This document shows, in pieces, positions 58,811 through 64,000 of a DNA stretch of 64,000 nucleotides. The notes below the pieces were generated by a model. That model was given only the letters and a program-made list of their open reading frames with translations, was not told where the DNA came from and ran no database searches. The stretch is from the human T2T-CHM13v2.0 reference genome, Homo sapiens: NCBI RefSeq assembly GCF_009914755.1, contig NC_060936.1; one strand, given 5' to 3'. Position 1 is the first letter of the stretch, and every line of letters starts with the position of its first letter. Made by a program: the position numbers and the translations under genes.

Positions 58811-59004
58811 GCTGAATATCAATAGACTGAAAGCGATTTTTTTCTGAAAATCAATATGTCAAACTGACATTGTCCCTCCTTGCCTAAAGCCTAAATCCAT
58901 TCAGTGTTTTTTTATTTCTTGGAGCTCACAGCAGCGAAGAGGCAGGAGAGGGAGGGAATCTATGAAAAAGAGGAGACAGTGTGAAGTTGATAAGCGAAAT
59001 TAAG

Positions 59005-59225
59005 GAAACCTAGCCCAAGTTCAGATGGTAACTTACTATGAGAGTTTGGGCAAGTCATTTTACCTCTTAGAACCTTGCTCTCTTTATCTGTATCATGGGC
59101 ACCTCATAGGACTTACCTGATAGAGTTCTTATAAGGATTAGACGAGGTGGTGCATATTAGGTGCTTAGTACACTGCCTGGAATATTGTAAGTGCTAAGGA
59201 GTGAGGCAACAATAATTATTTTACT
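59005..59225 (+). mobile_element. MIR SINE
   Basis: ttggggcaagtcattttacctcttagaacctt...gtgcttagtacactgcctgg. Confidence 0.7.
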
Positions 59226-59972
59226 ATCAACATGCATTGAAACTTGAATTGCTACAACCGCATTTTGGTGGCAGGTCCTCTCTTCTAAAGCCTGGAGCAG
59301 ACAGATTGGAGTAGACTCAAAGGACAAGGGGGCATTTTACCAACAGGAACAAAATCAACACTAGGAGGAGACAGGGAAGCATTGACCTTAAGTGGTAGAT
59401 GTAATGGTCATTGGTGGGGTCCCGTGTTCAGCCGACAGAACCTGATTGTGAACTAGGAAAGGTCAGCCCCAGACTCTGCAGTCCTGCCTGGAATTGAGAT
59501 TGGTGATCAGAGGCCCAGACACCAAACATTTGCAGGTGGACCTGGGAAATGATGCAGTTGGCACAATCTCCAGATATATTATTCTGGATTTTGAGATATG
59601 GATAAAGAGATGACGCACATGATGTTGAACTCCGGTGTACACGCCTTCTGGGTCCTGCAATTTGCCTGTGGTCTGGCCTTATAGCATGTCTTCCTACTTA
59701 GCGTTTCCTAAACTTAGTTCTGCAGTGTTTCTTAAGATGATAATGAATGTTTTGTTAAAAAGTTCCCATGTCATATACATTTAGGCTATATAACGTACTA
59801 TAATAACAATGATTATGGCTAATATTTTTGGAGGAGAGCTGACCATTGTGTGCAGGAAGCCTATCAAGTATTTTCCAGAGCTTGTCTCTTTTAATTCTCT
59901 CAATATCCCAATAAGGCAGATAATGTTAATATCCCTACTTCACATATGAGGAAATGGAACATCAAGAAATAA

Positions 59973-60289
59973 GGCCAGGCATGGTGGCTCACGCCTGTAA
60001 TCCCAGCACTTTGGGAGGCCGAGGCAGGGGGATTACATGAGGTAAGGAGTTTGAGACTGGCCTGACCAACGTGGTCAAACCCTGTCTCTACTAAAAATAC
60101 AAAAATTAGCTGAGCATGGTGGTGGGTGCCTGTAATCCCAGCTACTTGGGAGGCTGAGGCAGAAGAATCACTTGAACCTGGGAGGCGGAGGTTGCAGTAG
60201 CTGAGATCATGCCGTTGCACCATTGCACTCCAGCCTGTGTAACAGTGAGAGACTCCGTCTCAAAAAACAAAAAAAAAAAAAAAAAAAAA
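59973..60289 (+). mobile_element. AluSx inside a MIR (about 59800-60400, -)
   Basis: Full dimer; TSD aagaaat(a/g)a. Confidence 0.95.
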
Positions 60290-60564
60290 GAAATGATGCT
60301 CAGAGAGATTAGTTAACATAACCAAGGTTGCACAGCCAGTGAGCAAAAGAACAAGAATTTGAATCCAGTTTTTGACCCCAAAGCTTCTGCTTTTAAGTTG
60401 AACTAAGTTTTTATTTTTAAATCCTTGCTTTACATTGAGATGACCAGGGAATGTATCCAATATCCCATCTAGTAATATTTTGAACTGCGTATAGGCCTTC
60501 GTTTTCAAACTTGGAAGAATGATATTGAGGTAAATGGAAAGCATGTTCTTTCCCTGTTGGCATC

Positions 60565-61108
60565 TGTGATGGTTCATATTGAGTGTCAATTGATTGGATT
60601 GAAGGATGCAAAGTATTGTTCCTGGGTGTGTCTGTGAGGGTGTTGCCAAAGGAGATTAACATTTGAGTCAGTGGACTGGGAGAGCCAGACCCACCCTCAG
60701 TCTGGGTGGGCACCATCTAATCAGCTGCCAGCACGGCTAGGATAAAAGCAGGCAGAGGAATGTGGAAAGAGTAGACTGGCTGAGTCTTCCGACCTTCATC
60801 TTTCTCCCATGCTGGATGCTTCCTGCCCTTGAACATTGGACTCCAAGTTCTTCAGCTTTTGGACTCTTGGACTTACACCAGTGGTTTGCCAGGGGCTCTG
60901 GGGCCTTCAGCCACAGACTGAAGCTGCACTGTCAGCTTCCCTACTTTTGAGGTTTTGGGACTCGGACTGGCTTCATTGTCCCTCATCTTGCAGACGGCCT
61001 ATTGTGGGACTTCACCTTGTGATCCTGTAAGTCAATACTCCTTAATAAACTCCCTTTCATATATACATCTATCCTATTAGTCCTGTCCCTCTCGAGAACC
61101 CTAATACA
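60565..61108 (+). mobile_element. MLT2A (A2-like) HERV-L solo LTR
   Basis: tgtgatggttcatattgagtgtcaattgattggattgaagg ... gagaaccctaataca; AATAAA near 61044; 5-bp TSD gcatc/gcacc. Confidence 0.93.
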
Positions 61109-62131
61109 GCACCTTATGTCTGTTTGAAAGGATGGCAGCTGTTTCTGTCTCCAAAGTCAACATGTGCCCTCTCTTTCATATTTAATTAATAATTAGCATA
61201 CCAAAGTTTCTGAAAAGTCCCACGGTAAAGAAACCTCTTTACATCTGTGTAGTAAATATATATTTTTTAAAAAGAAACCTCTTTACCTTTCTTTAATGCA
61301 GCTTACTTTTCCTCCAGAGTCCCTTCCTTGCCTCCTATTTTCTTTCAAAACAGTTATTAGCATCCACAGGAAGAGTATTCCATGAAACACAGTTCGAGTA
61401 ATTCCTTTTTGTAGGGGAGGCATTGAAGGCTGTGTGTAATGTATTCCCCAAATGGGTGGGGGAGGGGGGTGGGAAATCCATTTTGTCATGCATCCCATGC
61501 TGGTAGTGAATAGGACAAGAATTCTTTCTTTACATAAAGGGCAACATAAAATAAACCAGGACCTACCCTGTAAAAATCCCCTAGAAGATATTGTTCTAGG
61601 GATTAGCTATGTGGAATTTCACAACAGGGAGGGCTTTGGCAGGAAATGGCAAATCATGATTTATTGATATACCCTAAAATTTTCAATGTGTCATAAAGGG
61701 AAACTTGACAAGAGGGAACCTCTTAAGAGTCTTGGATGACATTTGCTTGAAATTGGCTTAAGGTATTTTCATATCTCCTTTGCAGACCCAGTCCTGGATG
61801 ACTATGTGAATAATATCTTCCTTTTGAAAGCTTTTCATTCTTTATATCATTTTCTTAGTCCTTGGCAAGGTTGCTTAGGGGGCTGTATTCATTTCTAATC
61901 CATGGAAAAGAAAGCATCTCTCTCCCTGAGACTCTAACTTCTGCAAATCATGCAGGATAATGATAGTGTCAAGCAGTTATACACACTTTAAATAGCTATC
62001 AATGTAAATATAAAACTGTAAGGCACATGAATAAAAAAGCTCCTTGGATACTCCAGAAGGGAAAGGAAGCTTAGGGGAATGTTTGCAAGCACTCAAAAGA
62101 TACAACCCATATAAATGGATTATTGAAAAGT

Positions 62132-62515
62132 GGTGTGGCAGGAGTATTAGCTGATCATGGAACTAGTTCCCTTTGAAACACGGACAGACTACATTTCCCA
62201 GCCTCCCTTGCAGTAGGTGTCCCATGTGACTGAATTCTAGCCAGTGAAATGTAAACTAATAATATGGACCACCTGGCCCATAATAACCTCCATCCAAAAT
62301 CCTTCCTGTCCTATTCCCACACTGTTAACCTTGGAAGCCCTTTTATTTTTGAAGATGGTGAAGCCAGGAAATAAAAAGGTTCTGGGGTTGTGAGTTATTA
62401 TTTGGAGAATGTTGCTCACCATTCAAGAACACCTGCTTTGGAATATGTGAGTGAGAAGTAAATTTCTATTGCTTTTGTGCTATTGCGCCCTTTGGGGACT
62501 GTTTGTTACTGTGGC
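62132..62515 (+). mobile_element. Old MLT1 (J-like) LTR
   Basis: agactacatttcccagcctcccttgcagtaggtg...catgtgactgaattctagcca. Confidence 0.7.
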
Positions 62516-62726
62516 TGGAAGCCTGGACAGGGAGTTTGTACTTGGTAATGGTTGGTTGTAGCACTTCCTGAGAAAGAGTGTTATGTAGTAGAAAGATCAT
62601 GGGCTGCAGAGTGGGACAGATAGGGGTTAAAAGCTTGACTCTGTCATTCGCTTGACTCCCTGGTCTTGGGCAGGTTCCTTAATCTCCCTCAGCCTTAGCA
62701 TTTTTCCTTTAGAAAATGAAAATAGT

Positions 62727-63033
62727 GTCTGGATGCGGTGGCTCACGCCTGTAATCCCATCACTTTGGGAGGCCAAGGCGGGTGGATCACCTGAGGTTGG
62801 AGTTTGAGATCATCCTGGCCAACATGGTGAAACCCCGTCTCTACTAAAAATACAAAAATTAGCCGGGCGTAGTGGCACATGCCTGTAATTCCAGCTACTC
62901 AGGAGGCTGAGGCAGGAGAATTGATTGAGCCTGGGAGACAGAGGTTGCAGTGAGCCGAGATCATGCCACTGCACTCCAGCCTGGCTGACTCTGTCTCAAA
63001 AAAAAAAAAAAAAAACAAAAAAAAAACAAAAAC
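62727..63033 (+). mobile_element. AluS inside a MIR (about 62570-63150)
   Basis: Full dimer with a short deletion before the tail; TSD gaaaata(g/a)t. Confidence 0.93.
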
Positions 63034-63639
63034 CAGAAAATAATATTTACCCTGTAGGCTTGCTTTGAAAGTTAAAGAAAATGCATTTTAAACATATCTG
63101 GTGCATTGACGGTTATATTGTAGGTGCTCAATAAATAGGTAGCTGTTGTTATTGACTTTTCCAATCACTTTAAAAAGAATGTTATCTTCCTACTTTGATT
63201 CTCCAGGTTGTAATAGTGGTCCCCTCCACAAATTTCATCCTCAGATAAACTAAACAAACATCACAAAAAACTGAGAGAGGAAGAAATTGCCATCTTCTTT
63301 TCAGTTCACCATCATTGTAATTAAAGTTATTTAAATAACCATCAGTTGAATGTCTCCTCCCTTTCCAGGCAGGCTCCATGAGGTCAGGAATTATGTCTAT
63401 TTTGGTCTGATGGGTATGCCCAGCCTAGCATACAGCATCACACAAAGTGGAGCATCAATAAATACTGAATGCATGAATTGACCAGGACATGAATCCTCCA
63501 CCTGTAAATCTTTGCAGGGCTCCATAAACACTGACCCCACACATAATCCTAGGAGAGATACCACAAGGCCAGCTGGGTCAAAAATGTCTTCATCACTGGC
63601 CTGCCTGAAATGATGCCTTGAGAGTCACTTTTTGGGTTT

Positions 63640-63870
63640 TAAGTAGAGGTTACGAGGGGGTAGCCTGTACCCCAAATCCAGTTCATCAGTACATTTTGTC
63701 TGTTCTGTATTGTGTTTTAGAAGTTTGAATTTATTGCCAACATTTAAAACTTGGGACACTTCATGTAAAAAGCCATATTTTCTGCTTCTATTGAAAAATC
63801 AGTTCTCTTGGCAACTCTGGACTTGATTCTGACATGGCAAGAGTTGTCTGGAGTTGACTAGCAGTTCCCT
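63640..63870. mobile_element. hAT-Charlie relic (MER102-like)
   Basis: ttgaatttattgccaacatttaaaacttggga...ttctgcttctattgaaaaatcag...tggcaactctgg. Confidence 0.6.
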
Positions 63871-64000
63871 CACTTAGGACATGCCCTCCAGTTCCCCCTA
63901 AAGCCCTGTCAGGTCTACTCCAGCCCACATTTATGTTACCAGCCTGGTTCTTGAGTTTGCAACCCTTTCTATTATCTCTTAGTTCACCCATTCAATCATT

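Overview
Primate (human-like) non-coding genomic DNA, intronic or intergenic, made up mostly of interspersed repeats. I count about 29 Alu/FLAM/FRAM copies, plus old L1M and short L1PA fragments, L2 and MIR relics, solo LTRs (MER9, MER41, LTR12C, THE1, MLT1, MLT2A, LTR16, MER66-like), DNA transposon fossils (MER20, MER33, MER58, MER96, MER102, MER117, Tigger, Ricksha) and long TG/CA/GA simple-sequence arrays. I cannot support any protein-coding gene, RNA gene or CRISPR array. The longer ORFs in the track fall in repeats or low-complexity DNA, and the short remainder show no recognisable protein similarity. I found no convincing undescribed biological system. The most notable signals are: (1) two different ERV1 solo LTRs (MER41, LTR12C) each inserted antisense at almost the same nucleotide of an Alu left arm; (2) a MER41 copy with both tandem STAT/GAS motifs intact; (3) a 5'-inverted AluY nested in a 5'-inverted L1; (4) a candidate 16-nt micro-exon in unique sequence; (5) a Ricksha MULE carrying a captured ERVL LTR fragment. 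Repeat family names come from recalled consensus sequences read by eye, not from a RepeatMasker run. Subfamily labels and boundaries of the old elements are approximate.
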